From contig JAANOX010000080.1 of NCBI GenBank assembly GCA_020184695.1, positions 248,001-312,000 on the forward strand: DNA of 64,000 nt, read 5' to 3'. Both the position numbers and the translations under genes were made by a program. Source of the stretch: Histomonas meleagridis 2922-C6/04-290x. Its lineage: Eukaryota > Protista > Parabasalia. Position 1 is the first letter of the stretch. Each line of letters starts with the position of its first letter. The notes beneath the pieces are model-generated. The model made no database searches. It was not told where the DNA came from and was given only the letters and a program-made list of their open reading frames with translations. Of this stretch, positions 54,492 through 64,000 are shown piece by piece.

Positions 54492-56858
54492 TTAATTATT
54501 ATTCGAAGGAGTCAATATTTCATTAATTTTATCTAACGACACATTAAATACTTCGTTTCCCTTTTTCACCCTCACTTCGCAGCTTAAGTCATTTCTATTT
54601 CTTTTAACCGAAGCCTCAATTCCGTACATTTGCGCTAAATACTTAAAGAGCAATGCTCTATGTCTTATTGCGCCGACCTTTAGCTGTCCGATCATTATAA
54701 CATCGGAATGCGTCTGATATTTACATCTCGAGACTTCTGATTCGTACGCGATTCTTCCGTTTTCGAATGGTCCTCCCATTCGATTCACCACGAACTTCGC
54801 AATCGACTCAGCAATTAATGGCCATTCGGGGACAACTTTAACTATTTGTGGTTCGATTTGTTGTTCGACTTTTTTTGCCCCTTTTTTCTTCGTTTGATTT
54901 TGTTCAACTGGCTCATTTTTCACTGTGAAACTTTCTTCCAACAAATTAATTGCTTCGTTAAGTCCGTTGTCTTTGTTCTTGTCAATTAATATTGCTTCCA
55001 TCCTTAAATGGATTACATCTTTCAATAAGTCGTCAAGCGATTTATATGTTTCACATCGTGGATCAATCGAATAAAAGCCATCGCTTATGATATCGTTGAA
55101 ATCAAGGAAATCCTTAATCCAATACTTAGCAATCAAATTCGACTTACAGATCGTTTCAAGTGCATTAGTTGCAAATGTGGACAAATTTAAGTTAATCATC
55201 GCCGTTGATGACGCAAATCGTTTAAGCTTCTCTAATAGTCCATAACTACAAAATTGAGTCGAAACACTTGTCATCATTGATAATGTGTTAATCGCATGTA
55301 ATGAATTCCGTCGTATCGCAACTTTTTTGTTCGAAATTAATTGTATTAATATTTGGATAAAGTTTACATGATTAGACACATATGTTTTGGTTAAATCATT
55401 AACTGCTAATGTCGCAATTAGAATTAACGTGGTATTAATAATATCGGGATATTCACTTGTTAATAGAATTTCAAAGTCCCCTAAACTATTTTCGATTAAC
55501 ATTTGTTGAAGTTTTGAATCACCGATCATTCGAGAAAATATCGGTAGAACGATCATTTGGAATTCAATTCTCCATCCTTTATCGTCATTATCGTCGTTGT
55601 CAAATGTGACGGTTTCCTTCAAGATATTAATCAAATGTTCAATTGCACCAAACTCATGTAATTTAGCTCTAATTGATCTGTTATCACAAATGTATTCTAT
55701 GACATGCATAATAGATCTTCTTATTGACCTATTATTATTAATTATAGTTCCATCATTCGATGTGAAAGTTTTACCAAGTAATTGACAAATTCTATTCAAT
55801 TGTTCTGGCTCAAGAATTGTCGAATGCGTTGAAGTATCAGCGCTAAGTTCTCTAATTATTTCGGCGGTAATTATTTTTATTTGAGGATCAGTTTGCGTTG
55901 AATAAACCCTATCAAGTAATAAAGGAACTTGTTGCGACAAATTTTTGGAAACAATTGGAAGTGAACAATTGTTTTTGAATATCGTAAGTAAATATGGCAT
56001 TATAGGATCTGTTTCTTCGATATCATTTAAAGTGTCTATAAACCTTTGAAGTAGTTCGTCATCAAAATGATATTTAAATAATTTGAAATTAGAAATCTGT
56101 GAAATAATCATATAGGAATATGTTTGAATAGTTTTGTCAGAATCATCAAGATATGGTAACACATTGTTCCACCCAAGTTTCTCTTCAAATAGAATCGAGC
56201 ATTCGGAGTCAGATAATAAATTACCAATTGCGCGGAGAACGTTTATGAGAACTTCTTCATCAATGTCTTCGTTCTTAAGGAACTCTATGAGGGATTCAAA
56301 GAGACCACTAGTGTAGATGGCACGCTTATTCTCAAAATCATCACTCATTTGAAATAAAGCTAATGAAACTTGTGATTGAATTGTGGAATCATCATTTGAA
56401 AGTGCTTCTTTAAATACTTCTAAAGCACCATTGGATATAATTTCTCGTGATGTAACAGAATCTGCAGATAATGAAACAAGAGCATCAAAACATCGTTCAG
56501 ATAGTGAAGGTGTATCAAATGATTTAGCATATTTGACAATGTGTGGAATAGCACCGGATTTAGAAAGCAAGTTAAAGCCCCACTTTGAGGTGCATGAATT
56601 TTTGGCAAGTGCTGCAAAATACCATGAAATTACAATTTGTACTTGATCATTTTGAAAAGTACTTGCGAGTTCTACAAGTCGGTCAATGATTTGTGTCACA
56701 ATAGATTCGTCTTCAATTTGTTCTCGAAGTGCTGAAATTGTTGGCATCAAAACGCCAGCTTCATTAGATTTCATTAAAATTAGGAGGGTTTCGTAGCTTG
56801 AAACTGTGATATCAACAGGAAGCTGAACTTCCTCGAAATCTTCAGCAACGGAATCCAT
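54492..56858 (-). CDS. ARMC3: Armadillo-repeat protein with a C-terminal EDR1/ARMC3-type domain
   Basis: ARM-like repeats followed by DIISDGFY and IGQLKVGAIRHRALLFKYLA. Confidence 0.75.
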   Translation of the reverse strand: MDSVAEDFEEVQLPVDITVSSYETLLILMKSNEAGVLMPTISALREQIEDESIVTQIIDRLVELASTFQNDQVQIVISWYFAALAKNSCTSKWGFNLLSKSGAIPHIVKYAKSFDTPSLSERCFDALVSLSADSVTSREIISNGALEVFKEALSNDDSTIQSQVSLALFQMSDDFENKRAIYTSGLFESLIEFLKNEDIDEEVLINVLRAIGNLLSDSECSILFEEKLGWNNVLPYLDDSDKTIQTYSYMIISQISNFKLFKYHFDDELLQRFIDTLNDIEETDPIMPYLLTIFKNNCSLPIVSKNLSQQVPLLLDRVYSTQTDPQIKIITAEIIRELSADTSTHSTILEPEQLNRICQLLGKTFTSNDGTIINNNRSIRRSIMHVIEYICDNRSIRAKLHEFGAIEHLINILKETVTFDNDDNDDKGWRIEFQMIVLPIFSRMIGDSKLQQMLIENSLGDFEILLTSEYPDIINTTLILIATLAVNDLTKTYVSNHVNFIQILIQLISNKKVAIRRNSLHAINTLSMMTSVSTQFCSYGLLEKLKRFASSTAMINLNLSTFATNALETICKSNLIAKYWIKDFLDFNDIISDGFYSIDPRCETYKSLDDLLKDVIHLRMEAILIDKNKDNGLNEAINLLEESFTVKNEPVEQNQTKKKGAKKVEQQIEPQIVKVVPEWPLIAESIAKFVVNRMGGPFENGRIAYESEVSRCKYQTHSDVIMIGQLKVGAIRHRALLFKYLAQMYGIEASVKRNRNDLSCEVRVKKGNEVFNVSLDKINEILTPSNNN

Positions 56859-59025
56859 CCTATTTATTACTTAAAATACGTTATATCATATAAACGTTCT
56901 TCTATTGCAAAAGAAGAAGAAATTTCTTACAAAAAACAACTTATTATTAATCTTTGATTAAAAATATCGGAAACTTCAAATAAAACTCTAGAAAATACAA
57001 TTATTGTGAATAATATTGAAGAATCAATTACAAAAATTCCAAATGATTTCAAAATTGAGTTGGGAAAAATTGGATAATTCACTTATACAAATGAAATACC
57101 TAAAACCAATATCAATAATGAAATGGAAACTTCAAATAATAACAAAGTTAAAGAATTTGATTTTAAGGTCATTTAATACAAAAATTGTATTAACAATTCG
57201 AAAACGACAATAAAAATGAACTCTATGAAAATGATTCTAATGATGAATGTATGTTCAATATTGAACAATGTTGTTCATGTAAAACGATTTCTAAAGAAAA
57301 TGATATCCTTTGTTGTCCACTTTATATGTATTCATCGATATTACCATTAAAATATGAGTTTGGAACAATAAATTATATAAAGTTTTTCACATTTTGTACA
57401 CATTTCATACATCAAATTGTGGTGATAATACTAAATCCCCTATTGATTGATATTTTCGTAATATATATTTCCCAAAACTTGAGAATAGAAATGATTTATA
57501 TAATGATCAAGATATGAGTTTGAAATTTCTCATTAGCTTTAAAACTTATTTATCTTTAAAATATTGAGAATTTTAATGTATTAACATATATGATTTTTCA
57601 AAGTTTTATTTTAGATTTAATGTAATGATTCGCTCCATCCTTATTTATTCAGTGTGCCGCCTGTGTATTTTGATGAGTTAGGGAATATACAAATTGATTT
57701 TGGATTAAATGGATTCGAAATATTATTGTTTGATGAAAGATTAGATAAATTGGCTAACGATTTTATGTCAGGCGAAATCATGAAATATGCTGTTTTTGAA
57801 GATGAGTACACAAAAACTTTTATATGTAATTGTATTGATCTCTGGTTTAAATATGTACTTCTGCATTATGTACAGATGACGAAATATAAAGCATAATGAC
57901 AAATTTTCAAAGATTTGTTTTGGAACATTATTTTTTCGATTATCATTTTGATCAGATTTAAAACACTATTTCTCCATTAACTATTTTATAATATAAAAAT
58001 AAATTTGGTGCAAAACACATTTTCAATTTTGTGAATCATGAAGAAACTGTAAGCAAAAAAAAAAATTAATTCCTATATCATTATCCAATTTTTTTTCAAA
58101 ATGTATTTTTTAATGTATTTCTATTATAACAATAAATTAATATCATAAAACATGATAATTATGAATGTATGCGAAAATAAATAAAATCATTAAATTATTA
58201 GTTATTTTAATCTCTTGTGTATCAAGATAAATTTTAAATTATAAATATATTTTCTTTAATTTTTATTGAATATAAGGATCAATTCTTGATACATTGATAC
58301 ATAAAATAATGAAAAGGATTTTTTTTTTCAAATTGATAAAAATATTGAATTCAGAGATAAATTTCCAGCAAACAAATTAAACGTATTTTAAACCATTTGC
58401 TATAGGTAACACCTTGTTCTCATTCAACTTAATACCAATTTGAATTTAGCTAAAATGGAATACATACAGATAACTCATAGAAATCTTTTACAATTGTAGT
58501 AATAGGATGCATTTAATTTGATTTGAAATAATTTTTAAAATCATTTAAATTATTTGTGCATTCAAAAAAAATATTCCATATAAATTAATTATCATATACA
58601 TTCAATTTAAACAATATAATTATCATGAAATTTATGATAATGCACCTTGCTTTTTCTATTTGAAAATAATAATTATTTTTTTATTAAATCAATATTTACA
58701 TATTTCCAATAATATTTGGAATTTAATACAAAACGGTTCCACAATAAGCTATGTTCTCAAAAAAGAAAAATGATATATCTAAATATATTTGAATCATCAA
58801 ATGATTTTTATATCTAATACTAAAACTTGTTGTGGGATTTGAGGTTTAAATTATTCTTTAAAGGAAACTCAGGAACATGTTTGTTATCATTAAAAAAAAT
58901 TTGGATGTGTATTTTTTTGATCGTTTCTGTGAAATCTATTTTTTGACCAAGTCTGTCTAATTAAAAAACGTCTTCCAGGACACAGTATTGGAACCGTTTA
59001 TGGGGCTTATCCAACCAGCTTCTAC

Positions 59026-62000
59026 ATGATAAATTCCTCAGATTTTGAATCAGAAATTGAACTTATTTCCGAATGGTCAAAAGATACAACATTTATGCCA
59101 TATGATGAATTAGTTTCAAACACAAACTCAGTTTTGCATCCTTTAATTCAAATCATCAAAGAACAAATCGATTTAAGTAATGAATTAAATACATTGGTTA
59201 ATGAAACAACAGAAGAAAAACAGAGGCTTTCGAATGAGATCGATGAAATTACAAACATGTTTTCTGCCGAGATAGAAGAAAAAGATAACAATTTAAAAAA
59301 TGCAAACAATCAAATTGAAGAAAAAGAAAAAGACATTGAAATTCTTAATCAAAAAATCCAACAAATAGCAAATCAATCAACAGAAGGTGATCAAGAATTA
59401 AAAGAAAAATTACAAATCACTGAAGAATTATTATCAGAAGCTGAATCCAAAGTGAATGAATTACAATTAAAGATTAATGAAATTACTGAAGAAAAGGAAA
59501 ACTATGTGCAAGTAATCACAGAAAAGGAGGAAGCGAATAAAAAACTTCAAAATGATTTAGATTCTGTTTTAGCAGAAATGGAATCAAGTTCAAATGAAGA
59601 AATGGAAAAATTGAAAAACGAAATTGAGTCATTAAAAGAACAATTAAGTAAACAAGATAAAGAGAACGATGACTTGTTAAATGAATTAGCAAATAGAGAA
59701 GAAGAAGTAAGTAAATTAAAAGAAGAAATTACAAATGGAAAATCATCAAATGAAGAAGAAATTCAACAAATACAAAAAGAGAATGACGATTTATTAAAGG
59801 AATTATCGAATAGAGAAGAAGAAATAAATAAATTAAAAGAAGAAATGAACAATAAATTGTTAAATAAAGAAGAAGAAATACAGGAAATACAAAAAGAGAA
59901 CGAAGAACTCCATCAAAAATTAACAAATAAAGAAGAAGAAATTCACAAATTAAACGATGAAATTAAGAACGAAATCTCTAATAAAGACGAAGCATCAAAG
60001 AAATTATATGAAGAAATAGAGCAACTTAAACAAGAAATATCAAATAAAGATAACGAAATCAATGAATTTAAGAATGAAATAACTAATAAAGATGAAGAAA
60101 TCAATAAAGTAAACACAGAAATTGAACAACTTAAACAAGAGATTGTAAATAAAGATAACGAAAATAATGAAATAAAAGAAGAAATGAACAACAAATTTTC
60201 AAACAAAGAAGAAGAAATCAATAAATTGAATGAGGAAAAGATGAATGAAATTCATGTTAAAGAAGAAGAAATTGAACGACTTAAACAAGAAATAACTGAC
60301 AAAGATAATGAAATTAATAAATTAAATGAAGAAATTAAGAACGAAATCTCTGATAAAGATGAAGCATCAAAGAAATTATATGAAGAAATAGAACAACTTA
60401 AACAAGAAATATCAAATAAAGATAATGAAATCAATGAATTTAAGAATGAAATAACTAATAAAGAAGAAGAAATCAATAAAATAAATATAGAAATTGAACA
60501 ACTTAAACAAGAGGTGAATAATAAAGAAAATGAAATTAATAAATTAAAAGAAGAAATTAAGAATGAAATCACTAATAAAGATGAAGCATCAAAGAAATTA
60601 TATGAAGAAATCGAACAACTTAAACAAGAAAATGAGGGACTTCAACAAGAAATAACAACAAAAGAAGAAGAAATTCACAAAATAAATGAAGAAAAGATCA
60701 ATGAAATTAAAGGAAAAGAAGAAGAAATACAACGACTTCAACAAGAAATAACAAATAAAGAAAATGAAATCACTAATAAAGATGAAACATCCAAGAATTT
60801 ATATGAAGAAATCGAAAAACTTAAACAAGAAAATGAGGAACTTCAACAAGAAATAACAACAAAAGAAGAAGAAATTAACAAAGTAAATGGAAAAATAGAA
60901 CAACATAAACAAGAAATAACAAATAAAGAAGAAGAGATTCATAAATTAAAAGAAGAAATTAATAACAAAATCTCGAATAAAGAAGAAGAAATAAGCAAAT
61001 TAAACAAAGAAATAATTGACAAAGATAGTGAAATTAATAAGTTAAATGAAGAAATTAAGAATGAAATAAATGCAAAAGAAGAAGAAATTGATCAACTTAA
61101 ACAAGAAGTGACGAATAAAGATAATGAAATTAATAAATTAAATGAAGAAATTAAGAACGAAATCACTAATAAAGATGAAGCATCAAAGAAATTATATGAA
61201 GAAATTGAACAACTTAAACATGATAACGAAGAACTTCAACAAGAAATAACAACAAAAGTTAATGAAATCAACAAATTAAATGAAGAAATGAGCAGTAAAA
61301 TCACAGCGAAAGAAGAAGAAATCAATATGTTGTATGAAGGAATGGAAGAACTTAAAAATAATAATGAAGAATTCCAACAAAAAATATCAAATAAAGAAAA
61401 TGAAATTGTTCAAATAAAGGAAGAAATGAACAATAAATTAAATACAAAAGAAGAAGAAATTGAACAACTTAAGTATAATAATGAAGAACTTCAACAAGAA
61501 ATCAATAAATTAAATGAAGAAATGAAGAATGAAATCTCTAATAAAGATGACATTTCTAAGAAGTTAAATGAGGAAATAGAACAACTTAAGCAAGAAATAA
61601 TAACAAAAGATAATGAAATTGATCAATTAAAGGAAGAAATGAACAATAAATTAAATATGAAAGAAGAAGAAATTGAACAACTTAAACATATTACTGAAGA
61701 GCTCAAACAAGAAATAACTGACAAAGTTAATGAAATTGACAAAATAAATGAAGAAATGAAGAATGAAATTTCAAATAAAGATGAAACATCAAAGAAATTA
61801 TATGGAGAAATAGAACAACTTAAACAAGAAATAAATATGAAAGAAGATCAAATGAACAAATTAAATGAAGAAATCTCAATTAAAGATGATGTAACTAAGA
61901 AATTGAATGAAGAAATCCAAGAACTTCAGCACCAATTAACCACAAAAGAAAATGAAATCACAAAATTAAATGAAGAAACTCAGAACACATTAACATCAAA

Positions 62001-64000
62001 AGAAGAAGAAATTCAACAACTTCAAGATATAAGTGAAGAACTTCATCAAGAAGTGACAAACAAAGAAAACGAAATCACTAAGTTAACTGATGAATTAATA
62101 ACAAAGGAAGAAGAAAGTGAAAAACTTAAACAAGAAATATCAAATAAAGAAAATGAAATTAATATATTAAAGGAAGAAATGAAAAATGAAATTTCAAATA
62201 AAGACGAAGTATCAAAGAAATTATTAGAAGAAATTGATCAACTTAAACAAGAAATAATTAATAAGAATAATGAAATAGACGAAATAAATAAAGAAGGAAA
62301 TAATAAAATAAACACAAAAGAAGAAGAAATTAAACAAATTAAACAAGAATTAATAAATAAAGAAGAAGAAATTAATAAATTAAATGAAGAAATGAAAAAT
62401 GAAATCGAATTAAAGAAAGAAGAAATTGAACAACTTAAACATAATAATGAAGAACTTCAACAAGAAATTAATAAATTAAATGTAGAAATGAAAAATGAAA
62501 TCTCTAATAAAGATGATGTAACGAAGAAATTAAGCGAAGAAATAGAACAACTAAAACGTAATAATGAAGAATATAAACAAGATATATCAAATAAAGAAAA
62601 TGAAATTATTCAAATAACCGAAGAAATGAACAATAAATTATTTGCAAAAGAAGAAGAAATCAAGCAAATAATTGAAAAAACGAATCATGAAATAGACTTA
62701 AAGAAAGAGGAAATTGAACAACTTAAGCAAGAAACGAACATAAAAGAAGAAGAAATTAACAAATTAAATGAAGAAATTGAACAAATTAAACATAACAATG
62801 ATGAACTCAATCAAGAAATAACAAATAAAAATAATGAAATTAATAAATTGAATGAAGAGATGAAGAACGAAATCACTAACAAAGATGATCTGTCTAAGAA
62901 ATTGAATGAAGAAATAGAACAACTTCAACAAGAAATAACGAATAAAGAAAATGAAATCAGTAAATTAAATGAAGAAATTGAGCAATTTAAAAATAATAAT
63001 GAAGAACTCAAATGCGAAATAACAACTAAAGAAAGCGAAATCAGCAAATTAAATGAAGAAATGAATAGTAAATTAACAATAAAAGAAGAAGAAATTAGCA
63101 AGTTAAATGAAGAAATGAACCAAATTCAAAACAATAACGAAGAACTCAAACAAGAAATAGCAAATAAAGAAAATGAAATCAAAAAATTAAATGAAGAAAT
63201 CAAAAATGAAATCTCTAATAACGATAATACAACCAAGGAATTATTTGATGAATTAGAACAACTCAAACAAGAAATAGCAAATAAAGAAAATGAAATTAAC
63301 AAATTAAATGAAGAAATCAAAAACGAAATTTCTAATAATGATGATGCAACCAAGAAATTGAACGAAGAAATTCAGCAACTTCAGGAAGTAAATGAAGAGC
63401 TTCATAAAGATTTAACTACAAAAGAGGAAGAAATCACAAAAATCAGCGAAGAATTAGAAAACGAGTTAGCAAATAAAGAAGAACAAATAAATCAAATTCA
63501 ACAAGAAAAAGAAGAACTTAATAAGGAACTTGCTATAAAAGAAGAAGAAGTTAATGAATTCAAACAAACACTTGAAGCACATGAATCAAATCTTTTATCA
63601 AAAGATGAGCAATTAATAAAATTACAAGAAGAAATTTCAACTATTAAAGAACAACTTGTTCAAAGCAATGGAATTAATGAAGAGAATAAAGCTGAAATTT
63701 CCCAATTAAAAGATGAAATCAAACAAAAAGAAAACGAAAACAATGAACAAAGCGAAACAATTAATAAATATAAAGAAGAAAATAACAAATTAATTCAAGA
63801 TTTAAATAACAAAGAAAACGAAATATTAAAACTTAATGATAATATAAACGAAGTAAATTCCAATAATAAAGAATTAAATGAAGAAGTTACTAAACTTAAA
63901 ACTGATATTGAGGTACTTACACAACATAAAATAAATAGTTTAAGTGATCAAGATGAACTTAAAAATGAAATCAATAAACTTATTAATGAATTATCTGAAA
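59026..64000 (+). CDS. Very long Glu/Lys/Asn-rich coiled-coil protein (>1650 aa, runs off window), of the kind often labelled viral A-type inclusion-like
   Basis: Frame 1 reads open from the ATG at 59026 to the window end wherever checked. It contains degenerate internal repeats such as NEISNKDEASKKLYEEIEQLKQEI. It is absent from the ORF track because no stop lies in the window. Confidence 0.85.
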   Translation, partial: MINSSDFESEIELISEWSKDTTFMPYDELVSNTNSVLHPLIQIIKEQIDLSNELNTLVNETTEEKQRLSNEIDEITNMFSAEIEEKDNNLKNANNQIEEKEKDIEILNQKIQQIANQSTEGDQELKEKLQITEELLSEAESKVNELQLKINEITEEKENYVQVITEKEEANKKLQNDLDSVLAEMESSSNEEMEKLKNEIESLKEQLSKQDKENDDLLNELANREEEVSKLKEEITNGKSSNEEEIQQIQKENDDLLKELSNREEEINKLKEEMNNKLLNKEEEIQEIQKENEELHQKLTNKEEEIHKLNDEIKNEISNKDEASKKLYEEIEQLKQEISNKDNEINEFKNEITNKDEEINKVNTEIEQLKQEIVNKDNENNEIKEEMNNKFSNKEEEINKLNEEKMNEIHVKEEEIERLKQEITDKDNEINKLNEEIKNEISDKDEASKKLYEEIEQLKQEISNKDNEINEFKNEITNKEEEINKINIEIEQLKQEVNNKENEINKLKEEIKNEITNKDEASKKLYEEIEQLKQENEGLQQEITTKEEEIHKINEEKINEIKGKEEEIQRLQQEITNKENEITNKDETSKNLYEEIEKLKQENEELQQEITTKEEEINKVNGKIEQHKQEITNKEEEIHKLKEEINNKISNKEEEISKLNKEIIDKDSEINKLNEEIKNEINAKEEEIDQLKQEVTNKDNEINKLNEEIKNEITNKDEASKKLYEEIEQLKHDNEELQQEITTKVNEINKLNEEMSSKITAKEEEINMLYEGMEELKNNNEEFQQKISNKENEIVQIKEEMNNKLNTKEEEIEQLKYNNEELQQEINKLNEEMKNEISNKDDISKKLNEEIEQLKQEIITKDNEIDQLKEEMNNKLNMKEEEIEQLKHITEELKQEITDKVNEIDKINEEMKNEISNKDETSKKLYGEIEQLKQEINMKEDQMNKLNEEISIKDDVTKKLNEEIQELQHQLTTKENEITKLNEETQNTLTSKEEEIQQLQDISEELHQEVTNKENEITKLTDELITKEEESEKLKQEISNKENEINILKEEMKNEISNKDEVSKKLLEEIDQLKQEIINKNNEIDEINKEGNNKINTKEEEIKQIKQELINKEEEINKLNEEMKNEIELKKEEIEQLKHNNEELQQEINKLNVEMKNEISNKDDVTKKLSEEIEQLKRNNEEYKQDISNKENEIIQITEEMNNKLFAKEEEIKQIIEKTNHEIDLKKEEIEQLKQETNIKEEEINKLNEEIEQIKHNNDELNQEITNKNNEINKLNEEMKNEITNKDDLSKKLNEEIEQLQQEITNKENEISKLNEEIEQFKNNNEELKCEITTKESEISKLNEEMNSKLTIKEEEISKLNEEMNQIQNNNEELKQEIANKENEIKKLNEEIKNEISNNDNTTKELFDELEQLKQEIANKENEINKLNEEIKNEISNNDDATKKLNEEIQQLQEVNEELHKDLTTKEEEITKISEELENELANKEEQINQIQQEKEELNKELAIKEEEVNEFKQTLEAHESNLLSKDEQLIKLQEEISTIKEQLVQSNGINEENKAEISQLKDEIKQKENENNEQSETINKYKEENNKLIQDLNNKENEILKLNDNINEVNSNNKELNEEVTKLKTDIEVLTQHKINSLSDQDELKNEINKLINELSE

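Noticed and set aside
56950-57900. Fragmentary ORFs downstream of the ARMC3 promoter
   Set aside because: They look like decayed coding sequence, but no family could be identified.
59729-63353. Hydrophobic minus-strand ORFs (ISFLISSFNLL...)
   Set aside because: They are the antisense reading of the GAA/AAA-rich coiled-coil gene.
59026-64000. Viral origin of the A-type-inclusion-like ORF
   Set aside because: The similarity is compositional (coiled coil), and no viral hallmark genes are present.

Overview
AT-rich, gene-dense eukaryotic DNA. It is almost certainly from a parabasalid protist (Tritrichomonas/Trichomonas-like), inferred from the DUF3447-ankyrin, BspA-LRR, initiator-binding-domain and BTB-F5/8 families, the Inr-like TCAYT motifs and the near absence of canonical introns. 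The genetic code is standard. About 28 housekeeping or hypothetical CDSs (WDR5, XRN, NAA15, NAA60-like, UMP-CMP kinase, two PPP phosphatases, V-ATPase G, SEC20, APC10, BAP31, ARMC3 and others) alternate with accessory genes and decayed pseudogenes. Two long ORFs run off the window ends and are missing from the ORF track (<1-2990 minus; 59026->64000 plus). The main unexplained signal is in the ankyrin genes. In three unlinked genes each ankyrin module is a stop-free 90-nt unit, and a frame-breaking AT-rich spacer cuts the gene at the same beta-hairpin position after nearly every module. By my hand count 26 of 31 spacers are exactly 80 nt. Most start with an RTTTATTT-like motif and carry an ATAATATTTGG-like motif whose GG lies 21 nt before the next module. 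They do not have GT-AG ends. The largest array (24 modules) appears fused to a GBP-like GTPase and shows mosaic module shuffling. How the spacers are removed or bypassed cannot be determined from DNA alone.
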